A stretch of DNA of 64,000 nucleotides, taken from positions 4,417 to 68,416 of the forward strand of contig JAGCXM010000019.1 in assembly GCA_017961325.1 (NCBI GenBank), read 5' to 3'. Origin of the DNA: a bacterium (GTDB lineage: Bacteria; UBP6; UBA1177). Position numbers and translations under genes: made by a program. A model generated the notes under the pieces. It was given only the letters and a program-made list of their open reading frames with translations. It searched no databases and was not told where the DNA came from. Below are positions 47,801 through 57,385 of the stretch, piece after piece. Numbering within the stretch: position 1 is the stretch's first letter; every line of letters begins with the position of its first letter.

Positions 47801-49075
47801 ATGTTTGACATCAAATTGATACTCAAAGACCCTGAAAAGGTCAAATTCAATCTTCAGAACAGAAATTTCAAGGACTTGTCGGTCGTTGACCAGATCATCG
47901 AACTCAGCGAAAAGAGAAAGGCTCTCATCACAGAATCGGAGCAGACCAGGGCTAAACAGATGACGCGCTCGAAAGAGATGCCGCTCGTCATGAAAAACGG
48001 AACTCCGGAAGAAAAGGCTGCGATAAAGGACGAACTCAAGGAACTCAGCGACAAAGTGAAGGCTTATGGTCCGCTGGTAAAGGAAGTCGAAGAGAAAATC
48101 GACACGATCCTTCTTTCGATCCCCAACATGATGGCTGACGATACGCCTCTCGGCAAGGACGATACGGCAAATCCGGTCGTTTCGGCATGGGGGGAGAAGC
48201 CGGTTTTCGATTTCCAGCCGAAGGAACATTTCGACATTGCAACAAATACGATAGATTTCGAGCGCGGCGTAAAACTCAGCGGCTCCCGTTTCATCGTCTA
48301 CAAGAAGGAAATGGCCCGTCTCGAAAGAGCTGTTATGAACTATATGCTTGAAAATGCTGCGAAAAACGGCTATACCGAGATCGTTCCTCCGGTTATGGTA
48401 AGCCGTGAAACGATGACTGGATCGGGTCAGCTTCCGAAATTCGAAGACGATGCATACAAAACGACGGACGACATGTTCATGATACCGACGGCAGAGGTCA
48501 GCCTCGTCAACATGCACCGCGACGAGATACTTGACGATGCAGTCCTTCCGCTCAAATATGCGGCATATACGCCGTGTTTCAGACGCGAAGCGGGAAGTTA
48601 CGGCAAGGATATGAAGGGAATTATCCGCCTTCACCAGTTCAACAAGGTCGAACTCGTCAAATTCTGCCGTCCTGAAGAGTCGCTGAAGGAACTCGACCAG
48701 CTCCTTTTCAACGCCGAAGAGATTCTGCGCGGTCTCGGAATCCATTACCGCGTCGTCTGCCTCTGCAGCGGCGACCTCGGTTTCAACGCAGTCAAGACAT
48801 TCGATATCGAAGTCTGGCTGCCGGGTCAGGGAACTTACCGCGAGATCTCGAGCTGCTCGAGTACCGGCGATTTCCAGGCGAGAAGGGCTAACATCAAATT
48901 CAGACGCGACGCTTCGTCAAAGCCTGAGCTCGTCCATCTTCTCAACGGTTCCGGGCTTGCTATCGACAGAACGCTTGTCGCCATCATCGAAAACTACCAG
49001 CAGGCTGACGGTTCCGTCAAAGTGCCGGAAGTTCTCAGGAAATATATGAACAACGAAGAATTTATCAGACTGTAG
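47801..49075 (+). CDS. serS: Serine--tRNA ligase
   Basis: N-terminal coiled coil, IPTAEV, FRREAGSYG, HQFNKVE, YREISSCS and LNGSGLA motifs. Confidence 0.98.
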   Translation: MFDIKLILKDPEKVKFNLQNRNFKDLSVVDQIIELSEKRKALITESEQTRAKQMTRSKEMPLVMKNGTPEEKAAIKDELKELSDKVKAYGPLVKEVEEKIDTILLSIPNMMADDTPLGKDDTANPVVSAWGEKPVFDFQPKEHFDIATNTIDFERGVKLSGSRFIVYKKEMARLERAVMNYMLENAAKNGYTEIVPPVMVSRETMTGSGQLPKFEDDAYKTTDDMFMIPTAEVSLVNMHRDEILDDAVLPLKYAAYTPCFRREAGSYGKDMKGIIRLHQFNKVELVKFCRPEESLKELDQLLFNAEEILRGLGIHYRVVCLCSGDLGFNAVKTFDIEVWLPGQGTYREISSCSSTGDFQARRANIKFRRDASSKPELVHLLNGSGLAIDRTLVAIIENYQQADGSVKVPEVLRKYMNNEEFIRL

Positions 49076-49082
49076 GTAAATC

Positions 49083-49871
49083 ATGAAGATTTTGTCTGCC
49101 GCTTCGGAGCTGAAACCTTTCGTTTCGACAGGAAATATGGCTGCATCGGTGCTGAAAATGCTGAAATCGGTCTCGAAAAAATGCGAGGTCGAGTGCATAA
49201 TTCCGTTTTTCAGCACGATAAACAGAAAAAAATTTGACATAAAGCCGGCTAATATCTCGTTTGACGTGCAGGTCGGCGAAAAATACGAAAAAGCTGAGAT
49301 TTTTAAAACCGTTCATCCCGAAAGCGGAACGAGAATCGTCCTCGTTTCAAATCCTTATTTTGAAAGGGACGGTTTATACGGCAACGAAACGGGCGACTAT
49401 CCCGACAATTCGGAGCGCTTCACATTCTTTTCGAGGGCGGTTCTTGAATACGCGAAAATCTTCCGTCCCGATGTCATTCACTGCAACGACTGGCACACTG
49501 CGCTCGTTCCGGTCTATCTGCGTGAAATTTATGGGAAAAACGAGCCTTTGACGAAGACGAAAACCGTTTTTTCGCTTCACGACATCCGTTTTCAGGGCAA
49601 ATTCTGGTCTTACGATTTCGGAATTTTAAACCTCGGCCGTGAAGTTTTCGTTCCGGAAAAACTTGAATTCTACGGCGACATCAGTTTCCTCAAAGGGGGG
49701 ATCGTCTACAGCGATGCCGTCACCGTTTCAAGCGAAGAATACCTTGACCGGATCAGGACGAAGGAGGGCGGATGCGGTCTTGAAGGGCTCATAGAGTGTT
49801 CTCTCGACAAAATTTCGGTCGTCAGAAGAAGCGACAGATTCCTCGAACTTTATAAAAAACTTGTCGGCTGA
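49083..49871 (+). CDS. Glycogen-synthase-like protein, N-terminal (GT5) domain only
   Basis: DYPDNSERFTFFSRA, DVIHCNDWHTAL, H..RFQG and FLKGGIVYSD.V motifs; KxGGL is replaced by STGNM; the C-terminal GT1 domain is absent. Confidence 0.8.
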   Translation: MKILSAASELKPFVSTGNMAASVLKMLKSVSKKCEVECIIPFFSTINRKKFDIKPANISFDVQVGEKYEKAEIFKTVHPESGTRIVLVSNPYFERDGLYGNETGDYPDNSERFTFFSRAVLEYAKIFRPDVIHCNDWHTALVPVYLREIYGKNEPLTKTKTVFSLHDIRFQGKFWSYDFGILNLGREVFVPEKLEFYGDISFLKGGIVYSDAVTVSSEEYLDRIRTKEGGCGLEGLIECSLDKISVVRRSDRFLELYKKLVG

Positions 49872-49938
49872 CACCCGATTCGCTTCGATTTTTTACTAAT
49901 ATTAATTGTTAAAAATACATAATTAAGGCCGAATAACC

Positions 49939-49966
49939 TTGCAATTTAAAAATTGGCGGGTATTTT
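49939..49966 (+). promoter_or_regulatory. Putative promoter of the mce-mmd operon
   Basis: TTGCAA-N16-TATTTT followed by CCGCGCG. Confidence 0.55.
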
Positions 49967-50014
49967 CCGCGCGTTAATGTTTTTTGGCAATAAATTGTCT
50001 TTTGAGGGGAAATT

Positions 50015-50419
50015 ATGAGCAGAAAAATCAATCACATCGGTATCGCAGTCAACAGCATTGACGCGTTCGTTAACATTTACCGCGATGTTCTTGGTCTTGA
50101 GTATGCAGGCGAGGAAATCGTCGAAGACCAGAAGGTGAAAGTCGCTTTTTTCAACATCGGTGAAAGCAGGATCGAGCTTCTGGAGCCGACTTCTCCCGAA
50201 AGTTCAGTCGCAAAATTCCTTGAGAAGAAAGGCGAAGGTCTCCATCACCTTGCAGTCAGCAGCGACAATGTAGAGGCTGATATCGCGCAGACAAAGGAAA
50301 AGGGACTCAGAATGATCGACGAAGTTCCGCGCGGCGGCGCGCACCACACGAAAATCGCTTTCGTTCACCCGAAAGAAACGAAAGTTCTGATTGAATTCAC
50401 TGAAGAAACTCATCATTAG
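50015..50419 (+). CDS. mce: Methylmalonyl-CoA epimerase
   Basis: INHIGIAV, IELLEP, KFLEKKGEGLHHLA and AFVHPK...LIE VOC motifs. Confidence 0.93.
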   Translation: MSRKINHIGIAVNSIDAFVNIYRDVLGLEYAGEEIVEDQKVKVAFFNIGESRIELLEPTSPESSVAKFLEKKGEGLHHLAVSSDNVEADIAQTKEKGLRMIDEVPRGGAHHTKIAFVHPKETKVLIEFTEETHH

Positions 50420-50449
50420 TTCATAGATTGTGATTTTTAGGAGGAAAGA

Positions 50450-51985
50450 ATGACAACAATCGAAGAAAAATTAGCTGCTCTCAGAGCCAAAAAAGAGAAG
50501 GGAAAGCTCGGCGGCGGCGAAAAAAGGATCGAAGCCCAGCACGCAAAAGGGAAGCTCACCGCGCGTGAAAGAATCGCGAAACTTCTTGACGGCGGCAGCT
50601 TTGAGGAGATCGATGCTCTCCGCTGCGCAAACGGCGCAAACGCTGCGATCGGCGACGGCGTAGTCACCGGTTACGGCACGATCGACGGAAGAAAAGTTTT
50701 TGTTTTCGCACAGGATTTCACGGTTGCAGGCGGCTCGCTCGGCAAAATCGTCGGCGAAAAGATATGCAAAGTTCTCGACCTAGCAATGAAAGTCGGAGCT
50801 CCGGTTGTCGGTCTCAACGATTCCGGCGGCGCGAACATTCCGGAAGGCGTTCATGCCCTTGACGGCTACGGCGAAATCTTCAAGAGAAACACCCTTGCAA
50901 GCGGTGTCATCCCGCAGATTTCGGCTGTTTACGGTCCGTGCGCAGGCGGCGCAGTCTACTCTCCGGCACTTACAGACTTCGTTTTCATGACAGATACGAA
51001 CTCCTACATGTTCCTCACCGGTCCGAAAGTCGTAAAGACCGTTACGCACGAAGATGTTTCGGTCGAAGATCTCGGCGGCGCGGCAGTCCACATGACAAAA
51101 TCGGGTGTTGCACACTTCTCCCACGCTACGGAAGAAGAGAGCATCGCTGCGATCAGACAGCTCCTTTCCTACCTGCCTTCCAACAACGCAGAAGAACCTC
51201 CGATGGTAGAACCCACCGATCCTTTCGACAGAATGGAAGAGGCTCTCAACCAGATCATCCCCGAAAACCCGAACAAGGGTTACGATATGAAACAGGTCAT
51301 CGCTATGGTCGTTGACAACAGCGAATTCTTTGAAGTTATGCCGCAGTACGCTACCAACATGATCGTCGGTTTCGCAAGACTCAACGGCAGAACGGTCGGC
51401 ATCGTCGGCAACCAGCCCAACGTCCTTGCAGGCTGCCTTGACATCAACGCTTCCGACAAGGCTGCAAGATTTGTTCGCTTCTGCGATGCGTTCAACGTTC
51501 CGATAATCACTTTCGTCGACACTCCCGGATTCCTTCCTGGAACCGGTCAGGAATACGGCGGCGTCATCAGACACGGCGCAAAGATGCTTTTCGCATACAG
51601 CGAAGCAACAGTTCCGAAGATCACGGTCGTTACCAGAAAATCGACGGGCGGTGCTTACCTCGCTATGGCTTCGAAGAACCTCAGATGCGATATGAACTAC
51701 GCATGGCCGACTGCTCAGATCGCAGTCATGGGTGCTAAAGGCGCAGTCGAGATCATCATGAGAAAGGAACTCGAAGCAGCTGAAGACAAAGCGAAATTCC
51801 TTGCAGAGCAGGAAGAGCTTTACAACGAAAACGTTGCAAATCCCTACATCGCAGCTCAGCACGGATACATCGACGACATTTTCGAGCCGAAGACGACGAG
51901 ACCGAGACTTATCAAAGCTCTCGAGATGCTCATCACGAAGAATGACGACCTTCCGGCTAAGAAACACGGCAACATTCCGCTGTAG
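50450..51985 (+). CDS. mmdA: Methylmalonyl-CoA decarboxylase alpha subunit (carboxyltransferase)
   Basis: [47 protein letters not shown] and KKHGNIPL motifs; operon context. Confidence 0.88.
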   Translation: MTTIEEKLAALRAKKEKGKLGGGEKRIEAQHAKGKLTARERIAKLLDGGSFEEIDALRCANGANAAIGDGVVTGYGTIDGRKVFVFAQDFTVAGGSLGKIVGEKICKVLDLAMKVGAPVVGLNDSGGANIPEGVHALDGYGEIFKRNTLASGVIPQISAVYGPCAGGAVYSPALTDFVFMTDTNSYMFLTGPKVVKTVTHEDVSVEDLGGAAVHMTKSGVAHFSHATEEESIAAIRQLLSYLPSNNAEEPPMVEPTDPFDRMEEALNQIIPENPNKGYDMKQVIAMVVDNSEFFEVMPQYATNMIVGFARLNGRTVGIVGNQPNVLAGCLDINASDKAARFVRFCDAFNVPIITFVDTPGFLPGTGQEYGGVIRHGAKMLFAYSEATVPKITVVTRKSTGGAYLAMASKNLRCDMNYAWPTAQIAVMGAKGAVEIIMRKELEAAEDKAKFLAEQEELYNENVANPYIAAQHGYIDDIFEPKTTRPRLIKALEMLITKNDDLPAKKHGNIPL

Positions 51986-51993
51986 GAGGAAAG

Positions 51994-52419
51994 ATGATCC
52001 AGCATATAAGTTTAATTCAGTCCGCGCTCGCTTTTTCAGAGGATCTGACAAAGGCGGATTGGGCTGTAATCAAGGCGCTTCCCTTCATCGGAATCAGCGT
52101 CGTTCTTTCGGGTCTGGCGATACTTGCGATCGTTCTTTCGCAGTTCTACCGCTTTGCAGGAAAAGACGCGAAACCGGCTCCTGTTGCTGCTCCTGCACCG
52201 GCACCGGCTCCGGAGAAAAAGGAAGATGCTCCCGTTACGGAAGAGGGCGAGCTTGAGCAGATCGCTGCCATGATCGGCCTTTCGATTTACATGACCGAAA
52301 GTTCCGACAAGATATATCTCACCGAAACGAAGCAGTATTACAACGTGAACCCGTGGACAAGCGAAAGTTTGGCAAAACAGTCCCGCCGTTTCAAAAGATG
52401 GCAGGCAGTAAAAAAATAG
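51994..52419 (+). CDS. mmdD: OadG-family (delta) subunit of the Na+-pumping decarboxylase
   Basis: Single TM (GISVVLSGLAILAIVL), Ala/Pro linker, IAAMIG..I helix; lies between mmdA and the biotin carrier. Confidence 0.8.
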   Translation: MIQHISLIQSALAFSEDLTKADWAVIKALPFIGISVVLSGLAILAIVLSQFYRFAGKDAKPAPVAAPAPAPAPEKKEDAPVTEEGELEQIAAMIGLSIYMTESSDKIYLTETKQYYNVNPWTSESLAKQSRRFKRWQAVKK

Positions 52420-52431
52420 TGAGGAGACGAG

Positions 52432-52881
52432 ATGAAAAAGTATGAACTTACGATAAAAGGAAAAAAATTTGATGTCGAAGTCAAGGATTTCGGCGGTGCA
52501 ACGGCTAAAGTTGCTGTAAACGGCAACGAATACGATGTTGACATCACATACAAAGGCGGCGAACCTGTTGCATTTACACCAGCAACTCCGAGACCGGCTG
52601 CTCCGAAAGCTGCCGCAGCTGCACCTGTTGCTGCTGCTCCGGCTGCCGCACCTGCAGGCGACGTAAGCGGAAACAACGTAGTCGCTCCGATGCCCGGACT
52701 TATCATGAAAGTCCTCGTAAAAGTCGGCGACACCGTTTCTGTCGGACAGAAAGTCATGACGATGGAAGCTATGAAAATGGAAAACGACATCAACGCAGGA
52801 TCTGCAGGAACGGTCAAAGCCGTTCTCGTCAAGGAAGGCGACAATGTCAAGGAACACCAGCCGCTCGTAACCATAGGCTAA
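52432..52881 (+). CDS. mmdC: Biotin carboxyl carrier (gamma) subunit
   Basis: Ala/Pro linker and EAMKMEN biotinylation motif. Confidence 0.92.
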   Translation: MKKYELTIKGKKFDVEVKDFGGATAKVAVNGNEYDVDITYKGGEPVAFTPATPRPAAPKAAAAAPVAAAPAAAPAGDVSGNNVVAPMPGLIMKVLVKVGDTVSVGQKVMTMEAMKMENDINAGSAGTVKAVLVKEGDNVKEHQPLVTIG

Positions 52882-52890
52882 GAGGCGAAA

Positions 52891-54741
52891 ATGAAGAAAA
52901 GTATAATTTTTGTTTTCATGCTTTTTCTGAGCTTCCTTCTTTTCGCTCAGGAAGAGCAGAATCATGCTGAAGGACAGCCGGAAACGTTGCAGCGTCCTGT
53001 CCGGATCAGACCTGCGTTTCCAGTCAAAGGCTTAGTGTCCGATTCTTTCCGTTTTACGGGAAATTATGAGAACAGTTCCCTTGTAAAACTCGAGATCGAA
53101 TACAGACTTCTTGACAATACTCCGCAGAAGAAGACCGAATACGCTGCGATCGTTTCAAACAACGTCGTCGAAGGAACGCCTGAATTTAAGACGATTGCTG
53201 AACACCGCGATGAAAAGATGATCGGCAGATACCTTATGATCACCGGTCTTGAAGCGATTCTTCCGAACCAGAAGGTTCAGAAAGACTCCGCCCTTGCGGC
53301 TGTTGATCTCGATTCGTTCGATCCGGCACGTCAGGATTACAAAATCACGGCTTACTTCCCGAACGGTGAAAAAAGGGAATACAAACATTCCGATCTCCTT
53401 CTTGCAGACAACGGTGTCGCTTTCATCAACTTCGAGGCTCCTGCCGACCAGTTCCCCGTTATGCTGAACGGCGAATCGGCGCGCGACGTAACTCTTACCC
53501 GCACGCTTTCGATCAAAAACTTCGGCAAGACATACGAAGTTACCCCGCTTTTCATAAACTTCTCGCTCCGTTCGTCCGGAACTATGGAATACTACCTCCA
53601 GAAAAACAGAAGTTTCCTGACCCGTTTTTTCAACACCACGGCTGTTGCGCACATCACGATCGGAAACCTGATAATGATGCTCGTTGCATTCATTTTCATT
53701 TTCCTCGCGATTGCGAAAGACTATGAGCCGCTTCTTCTTCTCCCGATCGGTTTCGGTATCCTCATCGGAAACATCCCGACCGCGGCAGGTGTTCAGATCG
53801 GCGTTTACGATCCGGGCTCAGTTCTCAACTATCTCTACTTCGGAGTTCTGAAAGGTATCTATCCTCCGCTTATTTTCCTGGGTATCGGCGCGATGACCGA
53901 CTTTTCCTACATGATCGCCAACCCGAAACTTATCCTTATCGGCGGCGGTGCTCAGGTAGGAATTTTCGCGGCGTTCCTTATTGCGATCTTTCTCGGATTC
54001 AATATTCAGGAAGCTGCATCAATCGGCATCATCGGCGGTGCTGACGGTCCTACCGCCATTTTCACGACAGGCCTCATGGCTCCGCACCTTCTCGGCGCAG
54101 TTGCTATCGCTGCTTACTCGTACATGGCTCTCGTTCCGGTTATCCAGCCCCCGATAGTAAAACTTCTTACGACCAAAAAGGAAAGACTTATCCGCATGAA
54201 ACCGCCGCGTATAGTTTCAAAGCGTGAAAGAGTTCTTTTCCCGATAGTCGCGTTCATCGTCTGCACCTTCATCGCTCCCGGCGGACTTCCTCTGATCGGT
54301 ATGCTGCTCCTCGGCAACATCATCAAGGAATCGGGCGTAACAGACAGACTTTCGAAGACTGCAAGCAACGCACTTATCGATATCGTCACGGTTCTCATCG
54401 GTATCACGGTCGGTGCTTCGACAAGCGCTCAGACCTTCCTGACACCGGCATCTGTCAAGATTTTCGCTCTCGGCGCACTCTCCTTCATGATCTCCACTGC
54501 CGGCGGAGTTCTGATCGCGAAACTCATCAACTGCTTCCTCAAACCGGGCAACAAACTCAACCCGATCATCGGTTGCGCAGGTGTTTCCGCGGTTCCTGAC
54601 AGTGCACGTGTTGCACAGAATATCGGTAAACAGGCTGATCCTACGAACTACCTTCTTATGCACGCAATGGCTCCGAACGTAGCAGGCGTTATAGGTTCGG
54701 CAATCGCTGCAGGTATCCTTCTCGGAATCATCCCGCACTAA
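52891..54741 (+). CDS. mmdB: Na+-translocating decarboxylase beta subunit with a ~240-aa N-terminal exported extension
   Basis: YEPLLLLPIGFG, PPLIFLGIGAMTDF, IGIIGGADGPTA, AAYSYMALVP and HAMAPNVAGVIGSA OadB motifs from about residue 255; preceded by a signal peptide and a soluble domain. Confidence 0.92.
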   Translation: MKKSIIFVFMLFLSFLLFAQEEQNHAEGQPETLQRPVRIRPAFPVKGLVSDSFRFTGNYENSSLVKLEIEYRLLDNTPQKKTEYAAIVSNNVVEGTPEFKTIAEHRDEKMIGRYLMITGLEAILPNQKVQKDSALAAVDLDSFDPARQDYKITAYFPNGEKREYKHSDLLLADNGVAFINFEAPADQFPVMLNGESARDVTLTRTLSIKNFGKTYEVTPLFINFSLRSSGTMEYYLQKNRSFLTRFFNTTAVAHITIGNLIMMLVAFIFIFLAIAKDYEPLLLLPIGFGILIGNIPTAAGVQIGVYDPGSVLNYLYFGVLKGIYPPLIFLGIGAMTDFSYMIANPKLILIGGGAQVGIFAAFLIAIFLGFNIQEAASIGIIGGADGPTAIFTTGLMAPHLLGAVAIAAYSYMALVPVIQPPIVKLLTTKKERLIRMKPPRIVSKRERVLFPIVAFIVCTFIAPGGLPLIGMLLLGNIIKESGVTDRLSKTASNALIDIVTVLIGITVGASTSAQTFLTPASVKIFALGALSFMISTAGGVLIAKLINCFLKPGNKLNPIIGCAGVSAVPDSARVAQNIGKQADPTNYLLMHAMAPNVAGVIGSAIAAGILLGIIPH

Positions 54742-54768
54742 GTGAAATTTGGGTTTTCAAGATTTTTC

Positions 54769-54793
54769 GGGCTTCCTTCGGGAAGCCCTTTTT
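54769..54793 (+). terminator. Rho-independent terminator of the mmd operon
   Basis: GGGCTTCC-TTCG-GGAAGCCC followed by TTTTT. Confidence 0.9.
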
Positions 54794-54826
54794 ATTTGTA
54801 ACTATATATTTTTCTATCGATATATA

Positions 54827-54854
54827 TTGAAAAAGAATCAGTTTTTCTTAATAT
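54827..54854 (+). promoter_or_regulatory. Putative promoter of the lytic transglycosylase gene
   Basis: TTGAAA-N16-TAATAT followed by GGCG. Confidence 0.5.
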
Positions 54855-54891
54855 GGCGAAGATTGATATTTTGGTCTTTGGAGCTGTTTTT

Positions 54892-57255
54892 ATGAAAATC
54901 TCCGTTTTTATATTTTTCTTTTTTTCAACTTTGTTGCTTTTTTCTTACAATGATTGCCTGAATGATGAAAATATTTCGGAAAACTGTATCCGTGAGCTTT
55001 TCAGAAGCGGCGAATTCGCTCTTGCCGACGCACACATCGACAGTGTAGAATTTGATTCAAAAACGGATCAGAATATTTTGAAAACCGAGCTTTTGCTGAA
55101 ACTTGCCAAGTATAATGATGTCGAAAAGTCAGTTGCACGTCTTCCGAACGAGATAAAAAACACGCTTTATTACAAAATGGTTCTTGTAAAAACGTTCGTC
55201 GCGAGAAAAAGATTCAATCAGGCTCTTGAGATTATTGATGAAATTAAAACTTCATATCCTGTTTACTACCTTTTCAGCGATCTGGAGTGCGTAAAGGGCG
55301 ACATTGCATTGTACCGTAAGCAGTTCGATTCCGCACTTGAATTTTACGACAGGTGTCTTGAAGTTCAGGATAACGGAGTCGCAGCCTACAACAGAATTCT
55401 GGCACTTGAAAAAAACGGCGAACCGCAGGTTCCTTTTCTGAAGGATTATATTGAATATCTTGACAATTACGGTTCTCTTTCGTGGAAGAACCAGATCGTC
55501 GAACGGCTTGTAAAACTCAAAAAAAGCAAGGGGATTCCGAATTCCGTTTCGCCTTACTATGTCAGATGGCTTTCGATAATGCGCCGCGAAAACAGGCTCT
55601 CTCTTTTTTTCAGCGACGAATATTTTTCTCTTCCTTATCCTGCAAATCTTGAAATTGCCGAATACCTTGTTTCGGCGAAGAGGTTTTCCGACGCTCTGAA
55701 GATGCTTGACGACGCTTTATCGAAGCAGACCAAGCCGAATGAAGTCAAATACAGACTCGTGAACAAAAAATACCGGGTTCTGAATCTGGCGGGAAGGGAA
55801 ATCGATGCCGCAGATTTTGCACTGGAGGCTTCCAATGAGTTTGCTGCGGCTCAGCGTGACAGATTGAGATTCTTTGCGGCTCTGGTCTATTTCGAAAACG
55901 GTTTTGCCGAAAAAAGCAAGGAAATTATGAGTGAAATCGTCGCTTTGGGGCAAAATTCCAAATATTTTATGCTTGCAGTATACAAGTTGGGTCTGATTTA
56001 TCTTTTTGAAGGAAACGATCTTTATGCCTTCACGATGTGGAGTGAGTTTTTGAACGCTGAAAAGATAAATTACGACAAATTTATAGACGGGAAGGGGAGT
56101 TATGACGCGATTTTCGGCCTGGCTTCTCTTCTCGACAGGACGCACGGCTACTGCTCGAGCCTTGCAGACATCAGTTTCAAATGTTCGGTTGATGAAAACA
56201 GCGTTTCCGATAACGGAAACGGAGTCATTTCCTACTATGATTTCGCATATTTTCACATGATCGGACAGGAAGAGTTCAAAAAGCGTCCGAATTTTGAAAA
56301 TGTCGCTGCGACTTCTGAAAAGTGGTTTGCAAACAGGGTCGAAATCAACGCTTCGAAGGAGGAGTTCCTGGAAGTTACATCGCAGTTCCCTTCAAAAATA
56401 AAAAAGAGGGAAACTGCCGTAATGATTGATGTTTTTCTGAAAGCCGACGACTATGACGGATTGGAGTTCTATGTTGACATGATGAGAATTTTAACTTCAT
56501 ACAACGATTCGAAACATGCAAAAAAGGCTGCTTCGATGAAAATTCCGATGCCGGAAGCGCAGGTTATCGACGAATTTTCATCGAACTACAGGGAGATTCT
56601 TTCAAAAATCCATCTGGTATACAACAGATTTTTCAAAAAAACGGCGAAAGTCACGAGCTATTATTACAATCAGCTGAGTCAGGATCTCACGTATTCGCCT
56701 CATTACGGCAAGAAAGAGGACTGGCGGCTGCTTTATCCGACGCCTTATCTTGAAGATGTCGTTAAACTTGCAGGAGAATTCAATGTCCCGGTGCAGCTGA
56801 TATATTCGATAATGCGCGCAGAAACATACTACAGGGAATCGCTTTCTTCAAGTGTGGGTGCTTTGGGACTCATGCAGATTATGCCGCAAACATTTGAAAA
56901 GATTAGCAAATTCGGCGGAATAAAAATCAAGGATCCGATGAATCCGTACGACAGCATGAAAGCCTCGGTCTGGTATCTTTCGAAACTTCTGAAGCGTTTC
57001 GACAACAATCTGATTGCGACTGCGGCGGCATACAATGCCGGTCCTCATAATGTTTCCGACTGGATTTCACGTTACAGCGGAAAGGAAACCTATCTTTTTG
57101 TCGAGATGATTCCTTTTAAAGAAACGCGCGACTACGTTAAAAAAGTCATGCGGTTTTTTATGATTTACAGTTATATTTACGAAGACGAATTCCTTAATGT
57201 CGGTCTAAACGGAATTTACAAAATCAACGAAAATCCCAACGTAGTAAACTTTTAA
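54892..57255 (+). CDS. Soluble lytic transglycosylase (Slt70-like: helical/TPR scaffold + C-terminal SLT domain)
   Basis: Signal peptide; YSIMRAE (catalytic Glu), GALGLMQIMPQT, AAYNAGP and IPFKETRDYVKKV motifs. Confidence 0.9.
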   Translation: MKISVFIFFFFSTLLLFSYNDCLNDENISENCIRELFRSGEFALADAHIDSVEFDSKTDQNILKTELLLKLAKYNDVEKSVARLPNEIKNTLYYKMVLVKTFVARKRFNQALEIIDEIKTSYPVYYLFSDLECVKGDIALYRKQFDSALEFYDRCLEVQDNGVAAYNRILALEKNGEPQVPFLKDYIEYLDNYGSLSWKNQIVERLVKLKKSKGIPNSVSPYYVRWLSIMRRENRLSLFFSDEYFSLPYPANLEIAEYLVSAKRFSDALKMLDDALSKQTKPNEVKYRLVNKKYRVLNLAGREIDAADFALEASNEFAAAQRDRLRFFAALVYFENGFAEKSKEIMSEIVALGQNSKYFMLAVYKLGLIYLFEGNDLYAFTMWSEFLNAEKINYDKFIDGKGSYDAIFGLASLLDRTHGYCSSLADISFKCSVDENSVSDNGNGVISYYDFAYFHMIGQEEFKKRPNFENVAATSEKWFANRVEINASKEEFLEVTSQFPSKIKKRETAVMIDVFLKADDYDGLEFYVDMMRILTSYNDSKHAKKAASMKIPMPEAQVIDEFSSNYREILSKIHLVYNRFFKKTAKVTSYYYNQLSQDLTYSPHYGKKEDWRLLYPTPYLEDVVKLAGEFNVPVQLIYSIMRAETYYRESLSSSVGALGLMQIMPQTFEKISKFGGIKIKDPMNPYDSMKASVWYLSKLLKRFDNNLIATAAAYNAGPHNVSDWISRYSGKETYLFVEMIPFKETRDYVKKVMRFFMIYSYIYEDEFLNVGLNGIYKINENPNVVNF

Positions 57256-57325
57256 ATATTCCGAACATCAATATCCTTGCTTTGTAAAGATCTTCTTGAA
57301 ATTTTAAATTTCTTAAAATTTATAT

Positions 57326-57353
57326 TTGACAAATTTTTCTTGAATGATAATAT
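57326..57353 (+). promoter_or_regulatory. Putative promoter of the beta-helix lipoprotein pair
   Basis: TTGACA-N16-TAATAT. Confidence 0.6.
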
Positions 57354-57385
57354 ATTTGTGCAATTTGCTTTGTTTGGAGGTTGAA

